Source: Octopus bimaculoides (taxonomy: Eukaryota). Taken from it: a DNA stretch of 64,000 bases. The stretch covers positions 802,372 through 866,371 of the forward strand of contig NC_068994.1 of the NCBI RefSeq assembly GCF_001194135.2. The letters are read 5' to 3'. Below the pieces are notes generated by a model. It did not search any database and had not been told where the DNA came from. It was given only the letters and a program-made list of their open reading frames with translations. Both the position numbers and the translations under genes were made by a program. Of the stretch, positions 25,233-38,477 are shown in pieces. The stretch's first letter is position 1; each line of letters opens with the position of its first letter.

Positions 25233-25463
25233 GATGATGAAAAAGAAAAAGAAGACAAGTAGATGATGATGATAAAACTACAGTGAAGGGAAGAAAAAGA
25301 GAGAAAGAGTGTGTGTGTGTGTGAGAGAGAGAGGTATCTGGTTGTGAGCAGTAAAGACAAGCTGCTTGTTTTGTCTACTACTGCTAGTTTTTCTATTTCT
25401 ATTTGTCTCAGATTCTACTCTTCAACCTAGTGTTGCTGTGGTTGTGTGTATAAAGTAGGTGGA

Positions 25464-25497
<34 letters not shown>

Positions 25498-25626
25498 CAC
25501 ACACACACACACACACATAACATACAGCGCACCTGTCACTGTACTGTTCTCTCCAACTGCTTCTTACAGTGGCAGACACAAACAGCAGTTGGCGGCGCAG
25601 AAAGCATGTCTGGATATCTAGGCCAG

Positions 25627-25636
25627 ATTACGTAAT
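25627..25636. promoter_or_regulatory. Perfect PAR-bZIP/NFIL3 (D-box) palindrome ATTACGTAAT
   Basis: Exact match to RTTAYGTAAY. Confidence 0.4.
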
Positions 25637-26138
25637 ATGTGTCTGGTTCGGGACGACAGACATAGTACAATCTGTCTGTGTGTTCGTGCTCAGCCGCTGT
25701 CAGTCAGAACAACTCTTACTGCTGCTGCTGATTAGCCAGACAGAACAACTATGGAATCTCATCGGGGTCAAGTTCGATGTCTCACCACTAGCTCAAGTGT
25801 ACAACATAGAGAGTTTAATTAGACAGCTAGTACAGAGACAGTATTTTATTTCAAAATATGGCTACGTACTTCAAAGGAATATATTTTTAATTTTGTACGA
25901 CTACAGAAGATAAAATAAAGTGATCAGAGTAGCGTGTATGAAGCTATAATACAGTAATAAAGGAGATTTGATTCTATATTCTCATTAGTTTACACTGTAA
26001 ATTGAATATTTATCTTTACAAATACGTTGACGTTTTCTCATTTCGATCTACATGTTTGAACACACACACACTGAAACGTGCAGGATCTCAGATAGATTTA
26101 TTGTAATATACATGTATGGATATCTGTCTATTTATGGC

Positions 26139-26181
<43 letters not shown>

Positions 26182-26191
26182 NNNNNNNNNN

Positions 26192-26236
<45 letters not shown>

Positions 26237-26766
26237 CACAGGCACATATATACACATATCTGTACGAATGTTATATGTGTGTATACATATAAGTATATTA
26301 GGTGTGTGTGTATAATATATATATATATTATACATATATATATTATACACACACATATATATATATATTATACACACACACACACATATATATATATATA
26401 TTATACACACACACATATATATATATGTATATATCTGTGTGTGTATATACATATATATGTATACATCTCTGTGTATATGCATATATGTGAACATATATAT
26501 TGTTGACAGTCTTGACAGTCTCAAGAAAAAGTTCTCAGTACCTGAAATGAGATTAATAATATATTTTATTTTTCTTAAGTTAGTCATCTGCTGCTCTAAG
26601 TTCTACCTTCTGGGAACGTAGGGTCTTCAGATAAGTTATGCTTTGTAACTTTCCTGGAAACCCTGTGCACCCAGAGGCAAAATTCAGGGTGAGTAGCAAG
26701 AGACAGACGGACTGGCCAAAAGAACATTCTGCATTCTCTCGCTGCTCTTCCCCCCTCTCTCTAAAA

Positions 26767-26784
26767 CACACACACACACGCACG

Positions 26785-26877
<93 letters not shown>
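26767..26877 (+). repeat. (CA)n microsatellite
   Basis: Direct reading. Confidence 0.95.
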
Positions 26878-26879
<2 letters not shown>

Positions 26880-27094
26880 TTGATGTCATAAGAATTTTAT
26901 GAACTTCGTAGACAATGCGAAGTAATAATTCTTTATAGGAATGGTGGATTCCAAAGTATGCATAAAAGTTCTAAAGCACAGCATACAAATATTGGGTTGG
27001 AAATCTCTTTCGGATAGAAAAAGTTAAAGTCTACCCATGGAGCTTGTACCTACATCCCCTGTAAATGTTAATCCTGTATATATTATATATACAT

Positions 27095-27138
<44 letters not shown>

Positions 27139-27736
27139 TACAAATATATACACATGCATATGCACTCTCACACGTGTGTGTGTATATATACATACACATA
27201 GGTATATTCATTCATACTTAATGAAAATACATAAATACATTGTGAAACCAATATATATATATATANNNNNNNNNNNNNNNNNNNNNNNNNNNNNNNNNNN
27301 NNNNNNNNNNNNNNNNNNNNNNNNNNNNNNNNNNNNNNNNNNNNNNNNNNNNNNNNNNNNNNNNNNNNNNNNNNNNNNNNNNNNNNNNNNNNNNNNNNNN
27401 NNNNNNNNNNNNNNNNNNNNNNNNNNNNNNNNNNNNNNNNNNNNNNNNNNNNNNNNNNNNNNNNNNNNNNNNNNNNNNNNNNNNNNNNNNNNNNNNNNNN
27501 NNNNNNNNNNNNNNNNNNNNNNNNNNNNNNNNNNNNNNNNNNNNNNNNNNNNNNNNNNNNNNNNNNNNNNNNNNNNNNNNNNNNNNNNNNNNNNNNNNNN
27601 NNNNNNNNNNNNNNNNNNNNNNNNNNNNNNNNNNNNNNNNNNNNNNNNNNNNNNNNNNNNNNNNNNNNNNNNNNNNNNNNNNNNNNNNNNNNNNNNNNNN
27701 NNNNNNNNNNNNNNNNNNNNNNNNNNNNNNNNNNNN

Positions 27737-27769
<33 letters not shown>

Positions 27770-27954
27770 ATAAATAAATAAATAAATACACATGCGCGTG
27801 CATGCACACATATCAGATTCATTTATGCATTATATACAAACGTATATATATATATATATACATACATACATACATACACACACATGCACATATATGCATA
27901 TATGAATTTATTTCTATATTACAACTATTATATCTGCATATATTATATATTTGT

Positions 27955-28150
27955 TGAGGCAGTGGAAAGATGTTGGAATTTTGCGTTAGGAAGAAAATAC
28001 ATGGTGTCATGTATTCCTGTCTTCGTTATATTGCGACTTGAAATACGACTGAGATCAATTTTGTCTGGGGTCAGTAAAACAGTATACCACGTTCTGATGT
28101 TGATGGTATCAGCTAAACCCCTTCCCTTAAAATTCTGGGTGTTGTGCCTC
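27955..28150 (+). mobile_element. Diverged SINE family 1-like copy
   Basis: Degenerate body ending aaaccccttcccttaaaattctgggttgtgcc. Confidence 0.45.
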
Positions 28151-28786
28151 AATAGAAATCATTATGTCTATAGTTTTATATGTATACCTCTGTTTGTATA
28201 CGTGTGGTTGCGCGTGCGTGCACATGCACACACACTCGCCAATGTATTACGTAATGTGTGTGTGCGCCTCTGTGCACACACCCATATTATGTAATATATT
28301 ACATATACGTGTATGTAAATATTTTTATTTAAATAATGTATAGTTACTATATATATATATTAGTAACTTCTGTGTTGATGTAGAGACCAGTTTCTCCTAT
28401 AGAATCTTACAGACTATGATATTGTGTAGTGTCTGCTGCAATTATGTCTCAGCTTAAATGAGTTAAATGAGGAACATAACCTGCCTGTATAGGTGTTGGG
28501 CATCCAGAACTTCTTGATTTTGCCAGGGTGAAGCCATGTTCCTTTTTGTAATCTACCGAATTATGGAGGACATATTAAAAATAGATTATGGATAAGAAAT
28601 ATCTTTGTGTGCCTCCTTGATAGCAGTAAGAATGTTGCAAAAATTCCGTATCTCTCTTCCCGTGTGTAATACACACATATATTTATATCATATATTATTA
28701 TCTGGATTTGTATCTATATATCTGTCTGTCTGTCTGTCTCTCTCTCTATATATTGTTATATATTTTATTATTGATTCATGTATATA

Positions 28787-28819
<33 letters not shown>

Positions 28820-29078
28820 TCATATACACATACACATAAATATATATATTCATATATAAATATATATATAAAACATATATCTATATATTCATATATATAT
28901 ATATACATTCATNNNNNNNNNNNNNNNNNNNNNNNNNNNNNNNNNNNNNNNNNNNNNNNNNNNNNNNNNNNNNNNNNNNNNNNNNNNNNNNNNNNNNNNN
29001 NNNNNNNNNNNNCAGCCACACTTAAGTGGCAATATACTACACTTTATATATATATTCATATACTTATATTCATATATA

Positions 29079-29335
29079 TCATCATCATCATCATTTAACG
29101 TCCACTTTCCATGCTAGCATGGGTTGGACGATTTGACTGGGGACTGACGAACCAGATGGCTACACCAGACTCCAATCTGATTTGGCAGAGTTCCTACAGT
29201 TGGATGCCCTTCCTAATGCCAACCACTCCGAGTGTTGTGGGTGCTTTTTACGAGGGCCAGTCCGGTGGTACTGGCAACAGCCACGCTCAAATGGTGTTTT
29301 TTACGTGCCACCTGCACAGGAGTCAGTTCAATGTT
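29079..29335 (-). mobile_element. RTE-type 3' end with (GAT)n tail
   Basis: catcatcatttaacgtccactttccatgctagcatgggttggacg...ggatgcccttcctaatgcc. Confidence 0.75.
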
Positions 29336-29525
29336 TTGTTTACATGCCAAGAATAAAAGCATATAAAATTGTATTAAAATACATTCAGTAAATGTTAAGA
29401 TACACACCATAAAGTAGTGTAGCTTAGTGAAAGAAATCATGGAATCAGCTGTGTTGTCTTATTTATCGGTCTTTCTGAGCTCATATTGCACTGTAGTTCC
29501 AATATCTACCTTTAGGTGTCTTTGT

Positions 29526-29810
29526 CACCTAAAGGTAGATATTGGATTTGAATCACATGGGAGTTCAAGTCGAGTTCCTCCTTGCCAACATCACCTCCCT
29601 CATCCAGCCTATGGATCAAGGTGTGATCCATGCCTTCAAGGCACTTACACTTGGAACTCTCGTCCAACAATGGATTTGGATGAGAATTTCAAGCTAAAGG
29701 AGTACTGGTGTCATTTCATGCTCGCAGTGTGCCTGTCAGTCATCCATGCTGCTCTTAAAGACATGAAAAAAGAAACCCTCATCACATGCTGGACAAAAGA
29801 CCCTGTGATA
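29526..29810 (+). mobile_element. Tigger/pogo transposase fragment (DDE_1 region)
   Basis: GVQVEFLLANITSLIQPMDQGVIHAFKA (about 29560-29643) and ENFKLKEYW...LKDMKKETLITCW. Confidence 0.9.
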
Positions 29811-30244
29811 ATCAGTTGTTGAAATATCAGGAGAACGTAGTGGGTGTAGAAGTAGCTGCCAAGCTAAGGCAAAAGTTGTCATGGGTAAATCTGTGCCATA
29901 TGAGATGTTGCATTGTCTTGTGGAAATATCACTTTCTTTTGATGAACTACTTCTGAAGTAAACCATCCTGCACCTGCTCTATTTGCATTAAATAGGTTTC
30001 AGCCATAATTGTTTGACTTGTAATGAGAAACTTAGCATGGAGAATTCTAGCTGCTGTCCCCATCACATACTAAATGTAGTTTCCTGGAGGTGAAGCAGTG
30101 CCTTTGATGTGTGTGATCCTGAATCATTTGGTGGTGGCAGCCTGTGATAACTTCTCTTCTTGTTTGAGTGTAAGAACCACTTTCCATTACAAGTGAGTAA
30201 ATAATTAAAAAGTGTCTAGGGTTTTTTTTTTTTTTTTTTTTTGT

Positions 30245-30570
30245 GAAGTAAAAGAAATGAAGAACAAATTGACAGTCAGTGAAGTTTATTGTCCTCTGAT
30301 ACAACAGGTGGAAGCCATTTGTTCAGCTTCCATGATTTTCCTTGCTGATACAAGTATAGTTTCATGTTGAACGTCCATGAAAGTTCTTGTTGTGTTACTT
30401 GAGAATTATATTCAACAATTCTATTCTATCAATGATGGGCGATGGTCTTCCTTTATACTGTCCAACTTGAAAGGGTTGATCCTCAGAAACAAAATTCTTT
30501 TGCAAACCATTTCTGCACAGTATGTTCTAATACGTGTTGTCAAAACACTATGCATTATTGATCTGATGGT
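30245..30570 (-). mobile_element. Mariner transposase N-terminal fragment
   Basis: Minus-strand frames give KWFAK, GRPS and GKSWKLNKWLP (WVPHEL-motif region). Confidence 0.7.
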
Positions 30571-31726
30571 GAGTTGACTGGTGAAAATTTTGGCTGGATG
30601 ATAAACTGAACAGCAGCAAATTGACCAGTGGTGAATTAACCAACAGTAAATTGTCCTAGCACTGAATGTTTTCCCAATGTCAATAATATGTCCTTTGTTT
30701 GGCACTCATCATGTATGGGGATGGCTGAGAAAGTCCACCCACTCACTTCATTCACAATTCAATGAATTAAATGTTTGTCATAAACTTTTACATAATGTAC
30801 TGAAGTATGTGAGCAACACATTGTCCAGCTAAGGTCAATAAAATTTCTTTGAAAGAAATGGAGCACAACATTTTATTTTGCCAACTATTTATTATATGAG
30901 ATATAATTTATTACTATTCCAAATAATCATCATCATCCACTTCTTTCACTATAATGGGATACAAAGGTAGATGTGAAGGAGGTTGACTATTCATGTGATG
31001 TTAATTGCAGTTAACAGCCACAAAAAGAAATTTATTATAACTTTAAGGATGAAGTTATAATTACACTGCAGAGTCATTCATACTTAATGAGACCACCTTC
31101 GTTAAGTCAATTAACATTGCAAGTAGTTTGAAAGGAATGTGCTAGAATGCAGTGGTCATTACCTTTTAAAGTCTTGGGTATTATATTTACATGGGTAGAT
31201 ACCACACTGTTCACACTAGCTCTTAAAACAAAACATTACACACATACACATGTATGTACAGATATATGTATCTATGTATCTTTCTCTCTCTCTATTTATC
31301 TTCATCCATCCAATCTTACATACCTGCACACACTGAATGTCGTACTGCAGAGTAATGATGTTGAAAACATTGGTCTGATTGCTGCTAGATAGATGAGGCT
31401 TTGTCTAATGGAGACCTTTAGAGCTTTGATTAACATGGATATGTGGCAGCCAGAACAATTGTTCTGGATAGGAGAAAGGTTTCTAAAATAGAAAGTAGCA
31501 GTGTTGTTGTTGTTGATGGTGGTGGTGATGATGACGATGATGACAGTGTTGCTATATGTTCTCTGCTTCTATATATTGAGACTTTATACCAACACTGTAA
31601 TATACTCTTGATTTAATTAGTCACACAATATTTTAGTGGAAATAAAACAGTTATTTATTTATTTATATGTTACAACAGCGTCGTCTGTTGGGATGTACTT
31701 TTTAGGTTTGCTTTGCTCCTTTCTCT

Positions 31727-31775
<49 letters not shown>

Positions 31776-31814
31776 CGTGTGTGCGTGTATGTGGGTAGGA
31801 GGGTGCAGGCTTGG

Positions 31815-31945
31815 CTGTGTAGTTGAGAAGTTCACTTGCCAGCTGTGTGGCCTTGGATTTAATCCTATGACACAGCACCTTGGACAAGTATTTTCTACTG
31901 TAGGCCTTGGGTTGATCAGTGTCTTGTGTGTAGAATTTGGGAGAC
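31815..31945 (+). mobile_element. SINE family 2 5' fragment
   Basis: ggctgtgtagttgagaag...gcaccttggacaagtattttctactgtag. Confidence 0.55.
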
Positions 31946-32379
31946 AAATTGGTCCTAAGTTCATATATTGTTATACGTGTATATGTGCATGTATATGTAT
32001 GTGTGTGCATGTGTTGTGAGTGTGCATACATATGTGCATCTGCTTGTGTGTGGGTGTATGTGTTCTGTATGTATAGGCATATATATGAGTGTCTGTTCAT
32101 CCATCTATCCTTGTTTGTTTTTGTTTCCAATTAAAATTTGATATTGTTTATTCGATGTCCTCTATTGTTCTGTGACTTAACAGTTCAACAAATACTCTTA
32201 AAATAAGGAGCAGATGGCAGTGAATAGTGGAGTCACAATGATTGAGAAAGTTTTGAAGGTGCTGCCCCTGCATGTCCAAGGTGCAGCCCCTGCATGTCCA
32301 AGGTGCATTGAATGAAACCTATAATATATGCATGTCTGTATTTGTGCGTGTATTTATTTATTTATGTGTGTGTGTGTGT

Positions 32380-32535
32380 CATCATCATAGTCCGTTTAAC
32401 ATCCAGCTTTCCATGCTGACATGGATTGGACTGTTTGACAGGATCTGATGGGTCCAAGGACTGCACCATTGTCTAATGTCTGTTTTGGCATGGTTTCTAT
32501 GGTTGGATGCCCTTCCTAACACCAATCACTTGACA
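32380..32535 (-). mobile_element. RTE-type 3' end
   Basis: tttaacatccagctttccatgctgacatggattgg...ggatgcccttcctaac. Confidence 0.7.
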
Positions 32536-32559
32536 GTGTGTGTGTGTGTGTACGTGTAC

Positions 32560-33420
32560 TTTACAGAGTGTTTGGACTAAATTTGTCAGTTTGCATAAAA
32601 GGAAAAGAAAACAATATCCCATCTAGAATTAAAATTATTTTAAAAATCAAAAGGATATCAATGAGATTATGGTTGGGAAATAACAGTTCTTTCGAACTTC
32701 CCTCCCTCAGCTTCCACCATGGCCTTAGGATGACTCCAGAATCTGGTGCATGTGTTCCTCACTGTGTTCTTGGGAAGATCTTTGAACGCTTTGATCTTGG
32801 CTGCCAGCTCAATCTTGGTGTTGCAGGCAGAGTGGTTGGTGTCTTTCTCAACCACATCCCATACATAGTAAATCATAGGATAACATTTGGGGGAATTAGG
32901 AGACCAGAAATTAGGGCTGGTGAAGTTGTAGGAATTTTCTGTCAACCATTCTGACTCTTTCTGGAGGGATGACTAAAAGCAGAATCCTGCTGCCACACAT
33001 ATGGCCTTCCAACACCATCCTCTTTATCTGGGAACATGACCACATCTCCAGCAGCTTCACAACTGTCAGAATTGAGCCTGAAGCCCTGTTCAAAGATGTG
33101 GGGGGGTGAATTCAGGTGTGTGGATGCAGTCAGAATGCCCGCTGTGCTCCTTCCTGGCCACAACTTCATAGCCCCTGTTGCATCTGTCCGCATCATGTCT
33201 TACAACCTTTACAGTATTTCCAGAGCATTGAACAACAGTCATGATGGCGTTTTGATACCCACCATGAATCATCATGACACAGGTAACTCTTTCCCAGTGT
33301 TCAGTTGGCTTCCAGCCCCCCTCCACGTCAGCTAACATTTTCTCAACTTTAATCTTTATGCTCTCCAACGCTGTTGGCTGTTGACCAGTACACAATCATC
33401 ACATATTGCTCAAACATGCT
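32560..33420 (-). mobile_element. Internally deleted maT-family (DD37D-type) Tc1/mariner element
   Basis: PYVWQQDSA...FTSPNFWSPNSPKCYPM-YYVWDVVEKDTN...EAEGGKFE, with 37 residues between the QQD and the third acidic position after correcting one frameshift. N-terminal RKEHSGHSDCIHTPEF is fused directly to PHIFEQG. Confidence 0.85.
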
Positions 33421-34031
33421 GTGTGTGCATGTTCATGGAAGGAGTACATCAACAACGAAAATCTCCAACAAATACACACACACACTGCTCTTTCAGAGAA
33501 GTGAAAATTTGTACAACAAGGAAAAAAATCATATTGGGATTTTGTAAAATTGTAGATGAGTTTTGTAAATCTAAAACAATTTTGCATATGTTTTTTTCAG
33601 TTAATATAAGAATAGTTGTCAAATGAAGACCTTGTGACCTTGTGAAATTCCATTATTTTCTGTTTTGAAAGAAAAGCTCTATCTTTTATATCATTTGTAG
33701 ACAGAACAGAGATCAGATGTAAACCAGACAGTTTTATCTGAACTGTAAAAATTACTATTATTATAATAATAAATACGGATTGTGTATTGATTAGTTTGTT
33801 GTGCTTTAAAACTATTGTTAGTAAGTTGTATGATCACTGCAGACAATATGTTTGTCTGGCAAGGAGAGAAGCTGTCCAGTGATTCTATTCTTTCTTACGA
33901 ATATCTTTACCTATCTCAATATTATGTTATTGTGGAGCGTAATATGTCTGCCCCTCAGAGCTGCTGTTCACCCCCCCCACCCACACGTACACACGTGTGT
34001 GTATATATATATTTATATATATTCATATAGA

Positions 34032-34068
<37 letters not shown>

Positions 34069-36467
34069 ATATCTATCTATCTATCTATATATATATATAT
34101 ATATATATTAATATATATGTTTGGTTAGCTGATATTTACTCTGTCACATTCATTAGGTTTATTGTAGAAAAAAACTTCATATATTTTAGTTTAATGTACA
34201 ACAATATTGTCAGTGACTTTCAACAATGATCTAAATATTTGTAAAGATCTTTAATGTATTCTTGAATAGACATAGTCTTGAGTAGTTAGCTCTCTGTCTC
34301 TCATGTCTGCTGTTAAAAACATCTTTATATATGGTCCAAGACAATATGGTGCCTTCTTTGTTAGCGGTTGGATGGTCATCATGATGTTGATGTGTTGTAT
34401 TATTTGTTGACTATTTCAACGTGTATTTTCTGCATTTTACTGATCATAATCGTTTATGACAATATAGTAGTAAATGGTGACTTAATCAGTTCCATTGTCA
34501 ATATTAGTGACTTGTTTTTGTTGTTGTTGTTTCATTCTGAAGTGATATACTAAACCAACAAGGTGGACTACCTGTAATTATGTTTCCATCACTCATCTTC
34601 TACCTGTTGTTACTTCTTTTGATAATATTGTTATACTGGTTTACACCACATAACATTCTGCATTGTTAGACAACTATCCCATTGCTTCTATTGCAAAGTC
34701 TTCTTCAACTCACAATTCGAGAAACGACTAGAAAATAAGGTTTGAAGTTGTTTGAGAGTATTTACTGTGAAATACAGGTTGTTTGATTGTGAATCGAGTA
34801 TTCATTCACTTCTCAGATTCTCTTCTCACGAGGGTGATGCATAACCAACAAACTATGGTAGAAATAGAATTTAATCCTAAAGAAATCTAACCACTTTGGT
34901 AATGTTATTGAAATATCATTACGAATGTTGATAGGAAAAGATTGCTTAAAAGGAGAGTTCGTGGTAGAAAAAATACCATTAGTTGTTATTCAATTAAATA
35001 TAAAATAACCAGGTTGATCCCTAACTGCTTTGTTAAAGGAGATTTACAGAGATGGTTTGTGGACATTAGAACAACGTTACTTAACATGGGACTTTTGGAG
35101 CCTTTTGTTCTGTGAAAGTTCATGTAATACATTAATAGAGACATCCATTATTCAATATTGGTAGATGTGGATGACTGATAGAGATGACTGAATATAAATT
35201 GGGTTTGGTTGAAAGATGATGAAATAGTGTATGATAAACAATGGATATTGATAATGGATGCATGGTGAACAGAAATGTAATTCAGGTTCCATGAAGAACT
35301 CGAGCTCTGTCTATAATTAATGATAAAGAATTAGTATTGAGAAAATAAAATGATTTACTTTGAAATATTGAGTTTCGTTATTCAGTCAGTGAACTAACTC
35401 ATTATATATTTTTATTACCATAATAGTTTTTAATTTGAAATGTAAATGGAGTTAGATTTTAACAACTCCTTCTAATTAGATAATTTTTATTCCTCAATTT
35501 TACTGTTTTTATAACTGATTAAATCATTTCTGTATGACCCAGCAGCTAGCTTTTGTTTCTGTTATATTTTGAATTCATAAGAGTCTGTTGCTGATGTTTG
35601 AAAGAAACTCTATTTTGACTCAGACTCTGATTACTGTTGTTGTTGTTGCTATTTCTGTCCTTAGTTAGACTTTACAGAATCCTCATTTTCCTAAGCAAGT
35701 GACTCTACCTATCATGGCTGGGACAAACTGTTTTCACACAGAGGACATAGTTTTTCATCACATGTACACCTCAAGATAAGAATTGTATTTATTTTGTTCT
35801 TCCCTCAACTTTCTAGACAGAATTGTTACTTTCAGTTTAGAGTTTAGTTTCTTCTGGGTCCTTAAGTAGAAATTTAAGGACCTAATTATTGACAAAAATA
35901 ACAAAATTCTTCTCTCATAAAACAATAACAACAAATCCAAAATAAGATTATTTCTGTTGTTTCTCCCCCGATAATACTTTATTATTGATTTATTGCTGTT
36001 TCTCTGCCAGATCGCATATTTCAAACTATATCTCAACTTCATTGAAAACATTTCTTTTCTTTGGATACAACCTACTCCCACCTACACCTCTCTGTAAAAT
36101 TAGATTGTTGTTTTCTTTTTTTCTTGTTCTTTTTCATTTGAAAAATGTCTATTGGTTAAAACTTAGCTCCGACTCTGCCAGTTCTGCCACTTCTACTTCA
36201 ATTACCTTCACTCCTCATTTATTATTTTAGCTGCTGCTTACTGTGTCATCATCATTATCTCTCTCTCTTTATCAGAATATATCTCATTGTTTCATTGTTG
36301 ATTTTTAACTGATTGACATAACAAATAATGAAGAGGAAGAGGTGAAGAGGACTAAGTTACTGTACTCTGCATGTCTGCCTGTCTATTGTCCATCAATCTG
36401 TCTGTCTGCCTACCTGCCTGTCTGTTGATGAGAAGTAGCTAACAATGACTACATTTGTTTCACTAGT

Positions 36468-36631
36468 CGTAGGAGTGGCTGTGTGGTAAGTAGCTTGCTT
36501 ACCAACCACATGGTTCCAGGTTCAGTCCCACTGCGTGGCACCTTGGGCAAGTGTCTTCTACTATAGTCTCGGGCCGACCAAAGCCTTGTGAGTGGATTTT
36601 GGTAGACGGAATCTGAAAGAAGCCCATCGTA

Positions 36632-36670
<39 letters not shown>

Positions 36671-36747
36671 ATGTGTGTCTATGTTTGTCTCCCCAACATT
36701 GCTTGACAACCGATGGTGGTGTGTTTGCATCCCTTAACCTAGCGGTT
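36468..36747 (+). mobile_element. SINE family 2
   Basis: gtaggagtggctgtgtggtaagtagc...ggttcagtccc...caccttgggcaagtgtctt. Confidence 0.9.
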
Positions 36748-38453
36748 ACAAGGCTTCAATACAATTTTTACTGCTTTCCCTTATGTTTATACAAATATCT
36801 GTTTTGTATAACATAAAAATAGATCTTTCTGTTTGCTTTCACACTTTATAAAGTTCAGAAGTTAAATGGTAACCCCTGCAAAATTGTCAAATTTTTGTGT
36901 GTTTAAAGCATAATATATACTATACAAAGTTCACTAAATGAACAGTCTTAATATTATGCCTTGATTTTATGTCCTTATTGTTTTTTAATTGTTAGAAAAT
37001 ATTCTGTTTTGCTATTTTTTTTTTCTATTTCATGTTGATAAATATTCGATTTATCTCCCTTTCTGCATGATGTTTCTTCAGTGTTGCTTTGTATGTTTGT
37101 TGGAATAGACTTGAAATAGTTGTAAGGATTAACAATGAAGTATTGAGTCTAATTGAGTTTTATATTTTGTCACATCAAGTTTACCTTAAAAATATCGAGA
37201 TAGCATTAATACAATAAATTTAAGACAGTTATTCAACTTTGAGGCTACAACTTATACATCCAAAAGACTGTAATTTCAGCAGCTCTGAACTGCTCCATAA
37301 AGAGTTCTATAAATCTCTGCTTGCAGCGTATGACACTGGATATCCTTATTTATTAGCCACCACTATTTGGAAATAAACAAGTAAACATTGTTGTATTTTA
37401 AATTGATAATTGTTATAGAGATATTCTTTAACTATTGCCAGAAATCCAATTATTCATATTTCAGCAATGTCATTATTTAAATTGGTTGNNNNNNNNNNNN
37501 NNNNNNNNNNNNNNNNNNNNNNNNNNNNNNNNNNNNNNNNNGGGAAAAGGCACAAGAAACACAAATCATGCACTACTTTCATAAATCATGGCCTGAGAAA
37601 GATCTTGTAACGAGGACATGTTAACTAAGACACCATCAAACAACACAAAAGTGATTATTGCTGCACATAGCCAGCAAACCAACAATGAACATCACCCAAC
37701 TAAAAAACTAAATTCTGCTTCATCGTCGTTATATCTGATGAAGGCTTCTTTATAATGTTGTCAAAACTGGATCCAGAATATTCAAGAGCAAAACATACTT
37801 CAGCTTTGATTCTCTTTAATACCCCAAAATTAGAGATGCTCTCCTTGCACAAATTGGTCAGATCAACACACCACCACCACCACAACTAATTCACACAGAC
37901 CTATTTGATATTTGTCTCTTCTACAACCACCTCTTAGTCTCTGAACTAGCAACTAATATACTACAACCAATTCCATGCAGCCATTCTCCTCCTCCCATTG
38001 ATACGCTGTTCCATTCTCGAGGACCCACACTAAATTCTTTATTTCCAGTCATTGCCACAACTTGAACACTTTGGAATTCACTTCTTTTCCATTTTCCCTC
38101 CATCTGTCAACTTACTAAAGTTCCCATTGAATACACACCATATTGATTTCAGCTGTCTGGCACAGATCCACTCCCCACCACCACCATCTAATTAATGAAA
38201 GGAAATATATATTTATTTAGTCCCTGGTAATCTATATACTCTAAATATAATAATGTATTTCAGATAATTTAATAAATCTCACCATCTTTAATAACTTTAC
38301 AGAATGAACACAAAAGACTTAGTCTTTTGTTAGAGTTTAATAATTATGGGTAAACACTAACAGATTGTTGTGAAATCACTTTTATTACATTTTTCTTTTT
38401 TCTTTTTCATAGTAATATAATTTTTGTTGAATATGTATTTTTATTCTTTTCAG

Positions 38454-38477
38454 GTGGAAGAAACCATTGGCGAGAGG
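38454..38477 (+). CDS. Candidate 24-nt microexon
   Basis: ttattcttttcag|GTGGAAGAAACCATTGGCGAGAGG|gtgagt: strong sites, frame-preserving, open in all three frames. Confidence 0.35.

Larger units (their letters stand above)
23640..25800. promoter_or_regulatory. CpG-retaining island, probable internal promoter/enhancer
   Basis: CpG is visibly frequent against depleted flanks. Contains a DR1 (24316-24328), ACCAATCAG (25061-25069), ATTACGTAAT (25627-25636), long GA/CT repeats and splice donors on both strands. Confidence 0.5.

Noticed and set aside
38310-38330. 10-bp arm palindrome acaaaagact-t-agtcttttgt
   Set aside because: Short and AT-rich; within chance expectation.
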